Below are positions 19,179 to 28,012 of a stretch of DNA of 64,000 nt, one piece after another. Position numbers and translations under genes: made by a program. Source of the stretch: an uncultured bacterium (lineage in GTDB: Bacteria > Acidobacteriota > Thermoanaerobaculia > Multivoradales > JAHZIX01); contig CBDUPA010000001.1 in NCBI GenBank assembly GCA_965368975.1, forward strand, positions 160,001 to 224,000, given 5' to 3'. The number at the start of each line of letters is the position of its first letter. The stretch's first letter is position 1. Below the pieces are notes generated by a model. The model made no database searches. It was not told the origin of the DNA and was given only the letters and a program-made list of their open reading frames with translations.

Positions 19179-19213
19179 TGCTGGGACTCTTGAGGCTCAG
19201 CTTTGAACTTGCC

Positions 19214-19242
19214 TTGACATATTGATGCTTGCTCAATAGCCT
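19214..19242 (+). promoter_or_regulatory. Sigma70 promoter for vapBC, probably leaderless
   Basis: TTGACA-N17-TAGCCT, 6 nt before ATG 19249, no SD. Confidence 0.65.
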
Positions 19243-19248
19243 CGAGTC

Positions 19249-19491
19249 ATGCGCACGACGGTTCGACTCGACGACTCTCTGGCCCGACAGGCCAAGCAAG
19301 CCGCGCTCGACGCTGGCATGACGTTCACCGAACTCTTGAGCCAGGCCTTGCGCGAGATGCTGACGCGACGCCAGGCGGCACCGCCGCGCCAACACGTCAC
19401 GCTGCCGACTTTCCGGGGCCGGGGGCTCCAGCCCGGCGTTGATCTGAACGACTCGGCGGCACTCTTGGATCTGATGGAAGAGCGGGCCTGA
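19249..19491 (+). CDS. vapB: VapB-type antitoxin (ribbon-helix-helix)
   Basis: MRTTVRLDDSL..GLQPGVDLNDSAALLDLM; upstream of PIN gene. Confidence 0.88.
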   Translation: MRTTVRLDDSLARQAKQAALDAGMTFTELLSQALREMLTRRQAAPPRQHVTLPTFRGRGLQPGVDLNDSAALLDLMEERA

Positions 19492-19500
19492 CGGGGCGAG

Positions 19501-19923
19501 ATGCTGCTCCTCGACGTCAACGTCCTGGTCTACGCCTTTCGCGAGGATGTGCCCCAGCACGAAGAATTTCGAACCTGGCTGGACACGCTCGTCAACGGTG
19601 ACCAGGCTTTCGGCATCTCGGATCTCGTTCTCAGCGGCTTTCTGCGCATCGTGACGCATCCGAAGATCTTCGACCCTCCGACGCCGCTGACCACGGCGCT
19701 GGAGTTCGTGCAGGTCATCCGCGCCCAGCCGAATTGCGTACCCATATCGGCCGGACCGCGTCACTGGTCCGTCTTCGTCCAGCTCTGCCGCCAGACGGGA
19801 GCGGCCGGAAACTTGATCCCGGACGCGTTTCATGCTGCCCTGGCGATCGAGTCCGGGACCGAGTGGGTGACGACGGACCGGGATTTCGACCGCTTTCCCG
19901 GCCTGCGGCATCGCAAGCTCTAG
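19501..19923 (+). CDS. vapC: VapC PIN-domain toxin
   Basis: LLDVNVLVYA..DAFHAALAIE..TDRDFDRF. Confidence 0.93.
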   Translation: MLLLDVNVLVYAFREDVPQHEEFRTWLDTLVNGDQAFGISDLVLSGFLRIVTHPKIFDPPTPLTTALEFVQVIRAQPNCVPISAGPRHWSVFVQLCRQTGAAGNLIPDAFHAALAIESGTEWVTTDRDFDRFPGLRHRKL

Positions 19924-19999
19924 CTGCTTCGTCACGGAGAACTCGCCACGGAGCTTCTCGCCAACGACTATCTCTCCACGGAATACCCCGGAGACCCTC

Positions 20000-21067
20000 A
20001 TGACTCGACGCACTCTCCTGCCTCTCCTCGCGTGCCTCCTCGCTTGCTTCCACCTCACCACGACTGCCACCCAGGCCTCGACGCTGGTCGTCGCCAACAA
20101 GGCAGGGGCCAGCGTCTCACTGATCGATCTCGCCTCCGGCGACGTCGTGGCGACCCTTCCGACCGGTGTCGGTCCGCACGAGGTCGCGGTATCGCCGGAC
20201 GGCACCAAGGCTTTGATCACCAACTATGGCCGCCGCCTGCCCGGTTGCTCGCTGACCCTGATCGACATCCCGACCGCGACCGTGCTGCGGACCCTCGATC
20301 TCGGCGAGTATGAGCGGCCGCACGGCGTGCTGTGGTTGCGCGACGGCAAGCGGGCGGTGGTGACGGCGGAGGCGGATCGCGCGCTCCTGACGGTCGAGAT
20401 CGAGTCCGGTGAGATCCTGCAGGCTGTCGATACGGCGCAGGAGATCTCGCACATGGTGGCTCTCACCGCCGACCAGAAGCGGGCGTTCGTTGCCAACATC
20501 GGCTCCGGCTCGGTGACGGTGATCGATCTCGAGAAGGGCGAGCGGGTGGCGAATGTCGAGACTGGAGAGGGAGCCGAGGGGGTGGCGGTGACGGTGGCGG
20601 GGCGCGTGTGGGTGACCAATCGGGCGGCGGATACGATCACCGTGCTCGATGCCACCAGCCTGGAGGAACTCGGCGAGTTCGCTTCCGAGGGGTTCCCGAT
20701 CCGCGCCACCGCGACGCCCGCGGGCAAGGTGTTGGTGACGCACGCGCGGGCCGGTGCACTGACGGTATTCGAAGACGCGACCTCTGCGAACGGGGAGGAT
20801 GCCGGGGCGCTGGGGCAGGGAGTGCGGCGGGATCTGCAGCTGACGGGCAAGTTCAGCGAGGACCGGCTGTTCAGTGATCGCTTCGGGGACAGCTCGGTGC
20901 CGATCGGTGTCGTCGTCGACGGCGACGGCACGCTTGCCTACATCGCTCACGCCAACGCCGACGTGATCACCGAGGTCGACGTGGCGACGGGGAAGACCCT
21001 GCGCACGCTGACCGCCGGCGCGGAGCCGGATGGCATGGCGTGGTCGTCGAGCAAGGTCTCCCCCTGA
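20000..21067 (+). CDS. Exported YVTN/YncE-type beta-propeller protein
   Basis: Repeated VTN/VAN..SVTVID blades, G.GPHEVAVSPDG. Confidence 0.88.
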   Translation: MTRRTLLPLLACLLACFHLTTTATQASTLVVANKAGASVSLIDLASGDVVATLPTGVGPHEVAVSPDGTKALITNYGRRLPGCSLTLIDIPTATVLRTLDLGEYERPHGVLWLRDGKRAVVTAEADRALLTVEIESGEILQAVDTAQEISHMVALTADQKRAFVANIGSGSVTVIDLEKGERVANVETGEGAEGVAVTVAGRVWVTNRAADTITVLDATSLEELGEFASEGFPIRATATPAGKVLVTHARAGALTVFEDATSANGEDAGALGQGVRRDLQLTGKFSEDRLFSDRFGDSSVPIGVVVDGDGTLAYIAHANADVITEVDVATGKTLRTLTAGAEPDGMAWSSSKVSP

Positions 21068-21123
21068 AACTTCACGCTCTGTGAGGTTCGGCTGGCCCTC
21101 GTGAGCTGCCGCTGGACCGCGGC

Positions 21124-21945
21124 CTATTCGTTCTCGGGCAGGTCCGGGGTGCTCTCCGTCACCTGGATCGACTTCAGGTAGGCGATCAGGTCCAGGATGC
21201 GGCCGTTGACTTCCAGCTCTTGTAGCGTGCCAGCGGCGCGCAGCTGGAAGGTGTAGCCCCAGACGGGCATCTCGCGCATGCCGTGGCCACGGATCGGTTC
21301 GCGACCATCGATGATGCGGTAGACGTACTCTTCCGGGAAGCCGGCTTCGCCGCTCTCGCTGGTATGGTGCTGCGTCAAGAGGGTCAGGTTCGATGGCTTG
21401 ACGGCCAGTGCGTCGAGCATCGGACCATCGCCGCGCGCGTCGTCGCCGTGGCAGCTCTGGCAGTGCACACGGAAGCTGAGTCGGCCACGCGCCAGGCGGG
21501 CTTCCTCCTCGGTCCGCTGCACCGAGCGATCGAAGTCAGACGGATCGGGATGAGGTGCCGGTGGTGTCATCGCTTCGGCGGGGACGGCCGGAGCATGGCT
21601 GGCGAGGAGCCAGTCACGCAACGCTTCCATGTCGCCGATGGCCTGGTACATCAGCTGGCCCTGCTCGGTCAATTCGCCCGAGCCCGGCTCGGTGACGTGG
21701 CAGTTGGTGCAGCCTTGGAAGGCTTCCACCACCTGGTCGTAGCCTTCGAGTGTGCCGAGCACCTCATAGTACTTGCCGCGGTCGGTGTAGAGCTTGCTGC
21801 CTGGTTTGTCGTGGCACGTGGTGCAGGCCAGGCCACCTTCCTTGACCGCGATCTCTTCGCTGGCAGTTGCCGTCAACGGCAGCAGCAAAGCGGTGCAGAT
21901 CGCGAGGAGGGCGAGTGAGATCCAGAATCGGGGAGCGTGTCGCAT
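21124..21945 (-). CDS. Exported c-type cytochrome with three CxxCH motifs
   Basis: CTTCH, CTNCH, CQSCH with distal MPVWG; AAGGAGGT RBS; signal peptide. Confidence 0.88.
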   Translation of the reverse strand: MRHAPRFWISLALLAICTALLLPLTATASEEIAVKEGGLACTTCHDKPGSKLYTDRGKYYEVLGTLEGYDQVVEAFQGCTNCHVTEPGSGELTEQGQLMYQAIGDMEALRDWLLASHAPAVPAEAMTPPAPHPDPSDFDRSVQRTEEEARLARGRLSFRVHCQSCHGDDARGDGPMLDALAVKPSNLTLLTQHHTSESGEAGFPEEYVYRIIDGREPIRGHGMREMPVWGYTFQLRAAGTLQELEVNGRILDLIAYLKSIQVTESTPDLPENE

Positions 21946-21965
21946 GACGAACCTCCTTGCGGGCG

Positions 21966-23276
21966 TCACCGCTGGCGTGCCCAGGCCCAGGAGACGCCGA
22001 AGCTCAGTGTCCACTGACTGTGGCTGACACTGGCCCCGGGGCCGAAGGGGTTGACGAGCGGGTTGGGGTTGTTGTTGGTCTGATCGTTCTCGAACACGTG
22101 CTCCAGGGCCAGCTCGTAGCTGCGGTTGCCCCGCAGCCAGCTGAGGCCAAAGGTGAGGTGGTGCTCGACGTTGGCAGGGAACAGTGGGTTGAGGGTGTGG
22201 TCCGGCACCGGGTTCTCACCGTAGTTGTAACCGGCGCGCAGGGTCAACCGGTCGTGGACACGATACTCGAGACCGAGGGCGTAGACCCACTGGTCCTTCC
22301 ACTCGAAGACGAAAGGCAGCACGATCTCCGGCGGCGCTCCCGGCACATCCGGGTCGCGGGCGGTGACGGTGATGGTATCGATGGCATGGTCCCAGTAGTA
22401 CTGCTTGACGTCGAGCGCCAGCAGCCAGTCGTGGTTCAGCTTGTAGGCGATGCCAACACCGGCCTGCGCCGCGAAGGTGAAGCCTTCGACATCGGACGTG
22501 TAGCTGACGTGGCGGCGCAGGAACGGATGACCGTTGAAGTTGAAGATGGTGTCGCCGTCCTCGAACTCACTCTCGGTTTCGGTCTGGTAGATCGCGCCCA
22601 CGGACAGCCGTGGGTTGGCGCGCCACCACCAGCCGAGACGCAGGTTGTATTGCAGGCCGCCGGCCTTGTCCATCTCGACACCGAAGAAGCTCATCGCCGG
22701 GTTGGCGGCGTTGAAGAACGAGGTGCGCGGGAAGAACTTGAACTCGACATCGCTGTAGCCCAGGTTGAACGAGGCGCCGAGCGCCATGTCATCACTCAGG
22801 GCGTAGGCGATCGTCGGCGTCAGGGTCATGAAGCGGACCTCGCTGAAGGTCTCGTCGCGGGTGCCGAAGAACGTGTTCATGTTCTTGAAATGGGCACCCA
22901 TCCCGCCCTGCGCCAGCAGGCCGACGCCGTAGGACCACGGGGTTTCCTTGCCGCCACGCACGAAGGCGAAAGCAGGCAGTGGGAAGACCTGGTCTTCACC
23001 GTCCAGCGGGGCGTTGACCAGGTTGTCGAATTGCAGCGACGGCGCCAGCAACGTCAGGCTCAGCGTGCCGTGGTTGCCTTGGAGCTGGGTGATGCCGGCG
23101 GGATTGGTATTGAGCGCCAGCGTGCGGTCGGCGATCGCCAGGTTGGCTCCGGCGCGACCGGCGGCTTCGGCGCCGTAGGCGGTGAGGTACATGCCGTTGG
23201 TGGCGGGCAGCGGTGCCGGCATCAGCAAGCCAGCGGTGAGTGCTGCGAGCAGGAGGACGGCTGGGAAGCGTGTCAT
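21966..23276 (-). CDS. FadL/OmpP1-family outer-membrane channel
   Basis: G...AGRAGA, NPAGI hatch motif, beta-barrel pattern, LRAGYNYG; signal peptide. Confidence 0.88.
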   Translation of the reverse strand: MTRFPAVLLLAALTAGLLMPAPLPATNGMYLTAYGAEAAGRAGANLAIADRTLALNTNPAGITQLQGNHGTLSLTLLAPSLQFDNLVNAPLDGEDQVFPLPAFAFVRGGKETPWSYGVGLLAQGGMGAHFKNMNTFFGTRDETFSEVRFMTLTPTIAYALSDDMALGASFNLGYSDVEFKFFPRTSFFNAANPAMSFFGVEMDKAGGLQYNLRLGWWWRANPRLSVGAIYQTETESEFEDGDTIFNFNGHPFLRRHVSYTSDVEGFTFAAQAGVGIAYKLNHDWLLALDVKQYYWDHAIDTITVTARDPDVPGAPPEIVLPFVFEWKDQWVYALGLEYRVHDRLTLRAGYNYGENPVPDHTLNPLFPANVEHHLTFGLSWLRGNRSYELALEHVFENDQTNNNPNPLVNPFGPGASVSHSQWTLSFGVSWAWARQR

Positions 23277-23312
23277 GGTAGGGCCCTCCCCGGGAAAGTT
23301 GTTGGGTGACGA

Positions 23313-23393
23313 CCGCCGCCGGAGGGCGGCGAGAAGCGACATCCGCCGCTGGAGGCGGCGAGAAGCGACATCCGCCGCCGGAGGGCGGCGAAG
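23313..23393. repeat. Three tandem ~30-bp hairpin units (REP-like) inside the sulfur operon
   Basis: CCGCCGCCGGAGGGCGGCGAGAAGCGACAT-like unit x3, each with a CGCCGC(C)/(G)GCGGCG stem. Confidence 0.85.
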
Positions 23394-23402
23394 TGCAAAA
23401 CC

Positions 23403-23921
23403 TCAGATGAACAGAATCTGTGAGCCGGCAGCCTTGTCGTAGAAGTCCATCGCCGAGATCACGTCCTCGACCTGGGGCATCAGGTCCTCGCGTGTGCGCT
23501 TGAACATGTCCATGGCCATGCGGCAGCCGTAGAGATGAGCCCCGGAATCACCGAGGATTTCGATCATCTCGCGCACCGGCGGGATGTCGAGGTGATCCAT
23601 CTCTTTCTTCATCATCATGGTCGCCAGGCTCTCCATGCCCGGCAAGCCGCCGACCATCGTCGGGATGTGCATTGATGGGTTGCCGACCGTCGGCACGTGT
23701 AGCTTGTCGACCGTCTTCTCGGTGACGATGTCGAGGCCCCAGAAGGTGAAGAATAGGGTGGCTTCGATGCCACTCATGCGTGCGGCGTTGGCCAGGATCA
23801 GGCCGGGGTAGGCCATATCGAGGGTGCCCTTGGAGCAGATGATGGAGACGTGCTCGATGGGCTGCGGTTGCGTGTTCGTGTCTTGGCCGGCTTGGAACGG
23901 CAGGGTTTGTGCGTGTGTCAT
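23403..23921 (-). CDS. DsrE/DsrF/DrsH-like (DsrE2-type) sulfur carrier
   Basis: SIICSKGTLDMAYP..LFFTFWGL..GCRMAMDMF. Confidence 0.88.
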   Translation of the reverse strand: MTHAQTLPFQAGQDTNTQPQPIEHVSIICSKGTLDMAYPGLILANAARMSGIEATLFFTFWGLDIVTEKTVDKLHVPTVGNPSMHIPTMVGGLPGMESLATMMMKKEMDHLDIPPVREMIEILGDSGAHLYGCRMAMDMFKRTREDLMPQVEDVISAMDFYDKAAGSQILFI

Positions 23922-23932
23922 GACTCTACTCC

Positions 23933-24247
23933 TCAGATGCAGGCGTGGGGCTTGGGAAGTCCGGCGATGCGTGCTGCGAGCTTGCCCGGGCCTTTCGGGA
24001 ACAGCTGGTACAGCTCTTTCATCGGCACGCCCGACAGCTTGGCGATCCGGCGCAGGCCGGGGGCGTCGCCTTGCGCTTGCGCGTCCTTGCGACAGAAGTC
24101 GAGAACCGCCCAATGACGGTCCGTGAGTTCGATCCCCGACTCGGCCGCCAGAGCCTTGCCCACTTCGGGCGTCCACTGGCTGGCATCGGCGAGGAAGCCG
24201 TCGTCGGTGAGTTGGATGTCGTGTCCTGCGTAAGCTTGGGTTTGCAT
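23933..24247 (-). CDS. TusE/DsrC-family sulfur relay protein with a single C-terminal Cys
   Basis: DDGFL..W..ELTDRHW..LYQLFPKGP..AGLPKPHACI. Confidence 0.9.
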   Translation of the reverse strand: MQTQAYAGHDIQLTDDGFLADASQWTPEVGKALAAESGIELTDRHWAVLDFCRKDAQAQGDAPGLRRIAKLSGVPMKELYQLFPKGPGKLAARIAGLPKPHACI

Positions 24248-24305
24248 GATGGGCTCCTTCGATTCCGTGGAGATGTGAGACGAGATCGGATGCAGTCGGC
24301 CAGAC

Positions 24306-25571
24306 TCAGGCTGCCGTTGCAAGTTCGGGGGGACGGTGCTTGCCGGCCATCGACATGTGGGCCGATACCGGCAGGTCATGGCCTGGTAGCAGGGCGTTCC
24401 AGTAGACCCAGGCGAAGGCCAGCTTGCCCAGATGGTTGAGACGGCTCTCGCGCAGCAGGCTCATCGGCCCGACCACAGGCCACGGGAAACGTCCCGGCAG
24501 GGGCTCAACGTCATAGTTGAAGTCGATCAGCAGCGCCTTGCCGTGGCCGCTCTCGATGAAGCAGTTGGCGTGGCCATCGAACACTGGCTCCAAGCTGCGC
24601 CCTTGGATGGCTCGCAGCACGTTGTCTTGCAGCCCTTCGGCCTGGAAGTGGGCGACCGAGCCGGCCTTGGACGATGCCAGGTCGGTAGCGTCGCCGAGCA
24701 CGAAGATGTTCGGGTGGTCCTTGGCCTGCAGCGTGTGCGGGTCGGTAGGCACGAAGCCGAGCTCGTTGCCCAGTCCGGATGCCTCGATCACCGGAGCGCC
24801 CATGTGCGTCGGGATGCTGACCAGCAGGTCATACCCGATCTCGCGTTCGTCCCACGAGCGCAGCACATGCGCGTCGCCGTCCACCTCACCGGTGTTGAAT
24901 TCGCTCTCGACGCGGATGCCCTTCTGCTCTAGCAACGAGCCGAGCATGCGCGAGGCCACTGGCCGCGTGAAGGCACCGTCGAGCGGCGTCGCATAGATCA
25001 GTTCGACGCGATCACGGATGCCCTTCTTGGAGAAGAAGGCGTCGGCCAGGAAGAGGAACTCGAGCGGTGCCACCGGGCACTTGATCGGCATCTCGACGAC
25101 GTTGACCACCAGGCGTCCTCCCTCGAAGTGCTCGAGTCGGTCGCGCAAGGTCAAAGCTCCTTGCAGGGTGTAGAAGTCGGAGACGTCGTTGCCCCAGTGT
25201 TCACCGAGCAGTCCCGGTGTTTCTTCTGGGCGAATCTGGCTACCGGTGGCGACGATCAGCAGATCGTAGGGCAGCGCCGTTGTCTTGCCGTCGGGGCCGT
25301 CCTCGAGCACCACACGTTGCGCGTCTGGCTCTACCGCCGCGACCGCGGTCTGTCGCCAGTCGATGTCGCGATCGAGCGTGCTCTTGCGAGGCCGCGTCAA
25401 GCTCGCCTCGTTGTCCGCCCCAAAGGGCAAGAACAGCAGGCCGGGCTGGTAGAGATGGCCGCCTTCGGGATCGATGACGGTCAGATCCCAGTGCGCGGGA
25501 AGCTGGCGCTGCAGCCGATTGGCCATCATAGTGCCAGCGGTTCCGGCGCCGAGGATTACTAGGTGTTTCAT
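24306..25571 (-). CDS. sqr: Sulfide:quinone oxidoreductase-family flavoprotein
   Basis: GAGTAG FAD motif, HLYQPG, KCPVAPLE, LGDATD, FDGHANCF. Confidence 0.85.
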   Translation of the reverse strand: MKHLVILGAGTAGTMMANRLQRQLPAHWDLTVIDPEGGHLYQPGLLFLPFGADNEASLTRPRKSTLDRDIDWRQTAVAAVEPDAQRVVLEDGPDGKTTALPYDLLIVATGSQIRPEETPGLLGEHWGNDVSDFYTLQGALTLRDRLEHFEGGRLVVNVVEMPIKCPVAPLEFLFLADAFFSKKGIRDRVELIYATPLDGAFTRPVASRMLGSLLEQKGIRVESEFNTGEVDGDAHVLRSWDEREIGYDLLVSIPTHMGAPVIEASGLGNELGFVPTDPHTLQAKDHPNIFVLGDATDLASSKAGSVAHFQAEGLQDNVLRAIQGRSLEPVFDGHANCFIESGHGKALLIDFNYDVEPLPGRFPWPVVGPMSLLRESRLNHLGKLAFAWVYWNALLPGHDLPVSAHMSMAGKHRPPELATAA

Positions 25572-25771
25572 GGCTCGCTCCTCCCGGTAGCAGTAACTGT
25601 CTGCTACTACCGATCCTTATCGAGGCCAGGGGGTTACACCACAAGTGGCCGGAGGAACGAAAACGGTTTAAAGGGGTGGCGGGGTGCTATCCGGACGGGT
25701 GGCGAGAAGTGCCTGAGCGGGGTGTCGGGGGGGCAGCGGCGAATGACCCCGCGCGTCGACCAGAGGAGGGG

Positions 25772-27235
25772 CTACTCGCCCACGGCGTAGATGTTCGACC
25801 GGCAGCGGAAGTAGAGGGTCCCATGGACGATCGCGGGAGTGGCCATGCACGGCTCGCCCATGTCGTTCTCGGCCAGCACCTCGAGCTCTGTACCCGCCTC
25901 GATGACCGTGACGGTGCCGTTCTCGCCGGTCAAGTAGAGCTTGCCGTCGGTGGCGACCAGGGAGGCGCTGTAGGTGTCGTGGGTGCGGCGCCGGTTCAGG
26001 CGTTGGCCGGTTTCCAGGTTGTAGACGCTGAGGATGCCGGTGTCGGTGACGGCGTAGAGGTGGCCTCGGTAGACGATGGGGGTGGAGGTGTACGGGCCGC
26101 CTCGCTCGGTGCGCCAGAGGAGATGGGCGTTGGTGTCTTGGCCTGCCGCGACGGCTTCCGCAGGGACGGAGAGATCCCCGCTGCCGCCGAGGCGCAGGGC
26201 CAGGATGGGGCGGCCGCGGTAGCCGCCGGAGAGGACGATCTTGTCACCAGCGACGAAGGGAGTCGGGGTCTTGACCTCGGCTTCGTCGTGGAAGCGCCAG
26301 AGTTCTTTGCCGGTCTTCGGGTCGTAGCCGCGCACGTAGTAGCCGCCGATGACGATCAACTCGTTGCGTCCGCCGCCCTGCGAGCTACCACGGTACAAGG
26401 TCGGGGTGGCCCAGATCGGACGCTCTTCGCGGGCGACCTTCCAGCGCGGTTCTCCGCTACGCCTGTCGTAGGCGGCGAGGAAGGAGTCGGCGTGACGGTC
26501 GACCTGCACGATGACCATGTCGTCGACCACGATCGGTGAGCTGGCGTAGCCCCACTGCGACGACGAATCGCCGAACAGACCCGGATCGAGGCGGCCGAGG
26601 TCCTGGTGCCACAGCTGCTTGCCGTCGAGATCGAAAGCGTAGAGGCCTTCGGAGCCCAGGATGACCGCCAGGATCTCGCCGTCGGTGGCGGGTGTCGAGT
26701 TGCTCTGGCTGGCTTTGACGTGACGCTTGGTGCGCGGCACGCTGCGGCTCACTTCGCGCTGCCAGAGGATCTTGCCGTTGCGGGTGTCCAGTGCCAGGAC
26801 GCGCCAGCTGGTGCTTTCCTGATCGTCGGCCATGTCGATGCGGCCGGTGTCGCCGAGGCGCAAGGCCGGGACGTCTTGGGCCACCGCGGTGGTGACGAAC
26901 AGGCGCTGTGCCCAGACGATCGGGCTCGAGTGGGCGAGGCCGGGGATCTCGGTGCGCCAGCGCAGGTGGGTGCCCGTCTCGACGTCCCATTGCGCGGGCA
27001 GGGTACCCGTCTCCGCGACGCCGGCCGCGTTCGGTCCACGAAACGATGGCCAAGCCAGCGCTGCGACGGTCTCTTGCTGCGGAGCCGCCTGAACAGGGTT
27101 GTCTTGAGTCGAGGGGCCCTGAGCAGAGGCAACACGGGCGAAGGGGGCGGTCGAGATGCCGAGCGACAAGGCCAGCAGCAAGGCGGCCGGAAGTCGAGCG
27201 GCGAGAGGGCAACGACGAGAGAATGGCTGGCGCAT
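25772..27235 (-). CDS. Exported PQQ-like beta-propeller protein
   Basis: WPSFRGP..HSSPIVW, repeated SSP/ATP..G..LW blades. Confidence 0.88.
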   Translation of the reverse strand: MRQPFSRRCPLAARLPAALLLALSLGISTAPFARVASAQGPSTQDNPVQAAPQQETVAALAWPSFRGPNAAGVAETGTLPAQWDVETGTHLRWRTEIPGLAHSSPIVWAQRLFVTTAVAQDVPALRLGDTGRIDMADDQESTSWRVLALDTRNGKILWQREVSRSVPRTKRHVKASQSNSTPATDGEILAVILGSEGLYAFDLDGKQLWHQDLGRLDPGLFGDSSSQWGYASSPIVVDDMVIVQVDRHADSFLAAYDRRSGEPRWKVAREERPIWATPTLYRGSSQGGGRNELIVIGGYYVRGYDPKTGKELWRFHDEAEVKTPTPFVAGDKIVLSGGYRGRPILALRLGGSGDLSVPAEAVAAGQDTNAHLLWRTERGGPYTSTPIVYRGHLYAVTDTGILSVYNLETGQRLNRRRTHDTYSASLVATDGKLYLTGENGTVTVIEAGTELEVLAENDMGEPCMATPAIVHGTLYFRCRSNIYAVGE

Positions 27236-27245
27236 GGCGCCGAGT

Positions 27246-27755
27246 TTACTGCAGGGAGCCGTTCCTGGGCTGCACCGCCTCGTTCTGCGCCTCGCTGTAG
27301 CGGGAATCGACCGCAGCGGCCTCGGTCTGCACACGAACAGGACGAGGCGCACGTGCAAGGTCGCCGGTCAAGGCGATCTGCAGCCAGAACTCGGCGATGC
27401 AGCGCATGGAGCCGAGGAAGGCTTCGAGGTGCAGCGGTTTTCTGATGTAGGCGTTGGCCCCGGCGCGCAGGCAGACCTGGATATCGCCAGGATCGTCCGA
27501 GGTGGTCAGTACGAGGACCGGTGTGGCGAGTCCCTGGCGGCCTCGCTTCAGCCATCGCAGCAACTCGAGACCTTGACCGCCGCGCAGGCTGGGGTCGAGC
27601 AGGATCAGGTGCGGCCGGTGGTCCCTCAGAAAGGTTTCGGTCTCAGCGCTGTCGCGGGCACGATGGATGCGCTGGCGGACGCCAGCTTCTTCGAGCCCTT
27701 GGCGCGCAAGATCGAAATCAGAATCGTTGTCGTCAATGATCAGAATGGTGGACAT
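27246..27755 (-). CDS. Orphan receiver-domain response regulator (Rcp1-like)
   Basis: ILIIDD..LILLD..LTTS..GANAYIRKP. Confidence 0.85.
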   Translation of the reverse strand: MSTILIIDDNDSDFDLARQGLEEAGVRQRIHRARDSAETETFLRDHRPHLILLDPSLRGGQGLELLRWLKRGRQGLATPVLVLTTSDDPGDIQVCLRAGANAYIRKPLHLEAFLGSMRCIAEFWLQIALTGDLARAPRPVRVQTEAAAVDSRYSEAQNEAVQPRNGSLQ

Positions 27756-28012
27756 GCTGTATCCCTCGGAATGCTGTAGGCAAGACATGCTGTACAGCGA
27801 TACATGAAAATCGAATCAAAGAAGCCCCGACTGTGCTCGCCATTCTACCTCGGTATCGAGGTTCTGCCCGAGAGAACTCTCCCATTGGAGCCTGAACCTC
27901 CTGAGATCGTTGCGGCACACCCATCGAGGTAGGCTGGAAAGGGTAGTGTCCGCCCCGTCCGGATGGCGCGATGGTCGCTACTGGCTGTCAGCATGGGTAG
28001 AGGAGGTGAAGA

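Noticed and set aside
23313-23393. Possible mini-CRISPR
   Set aside because: Units abut directly with no unique spacers.
23933-24247. Evidence for dissimilatory sulfate reduction (dsrC)
   Set aside because: Lacks CysB and no dsrAB/dsrMK in the window.
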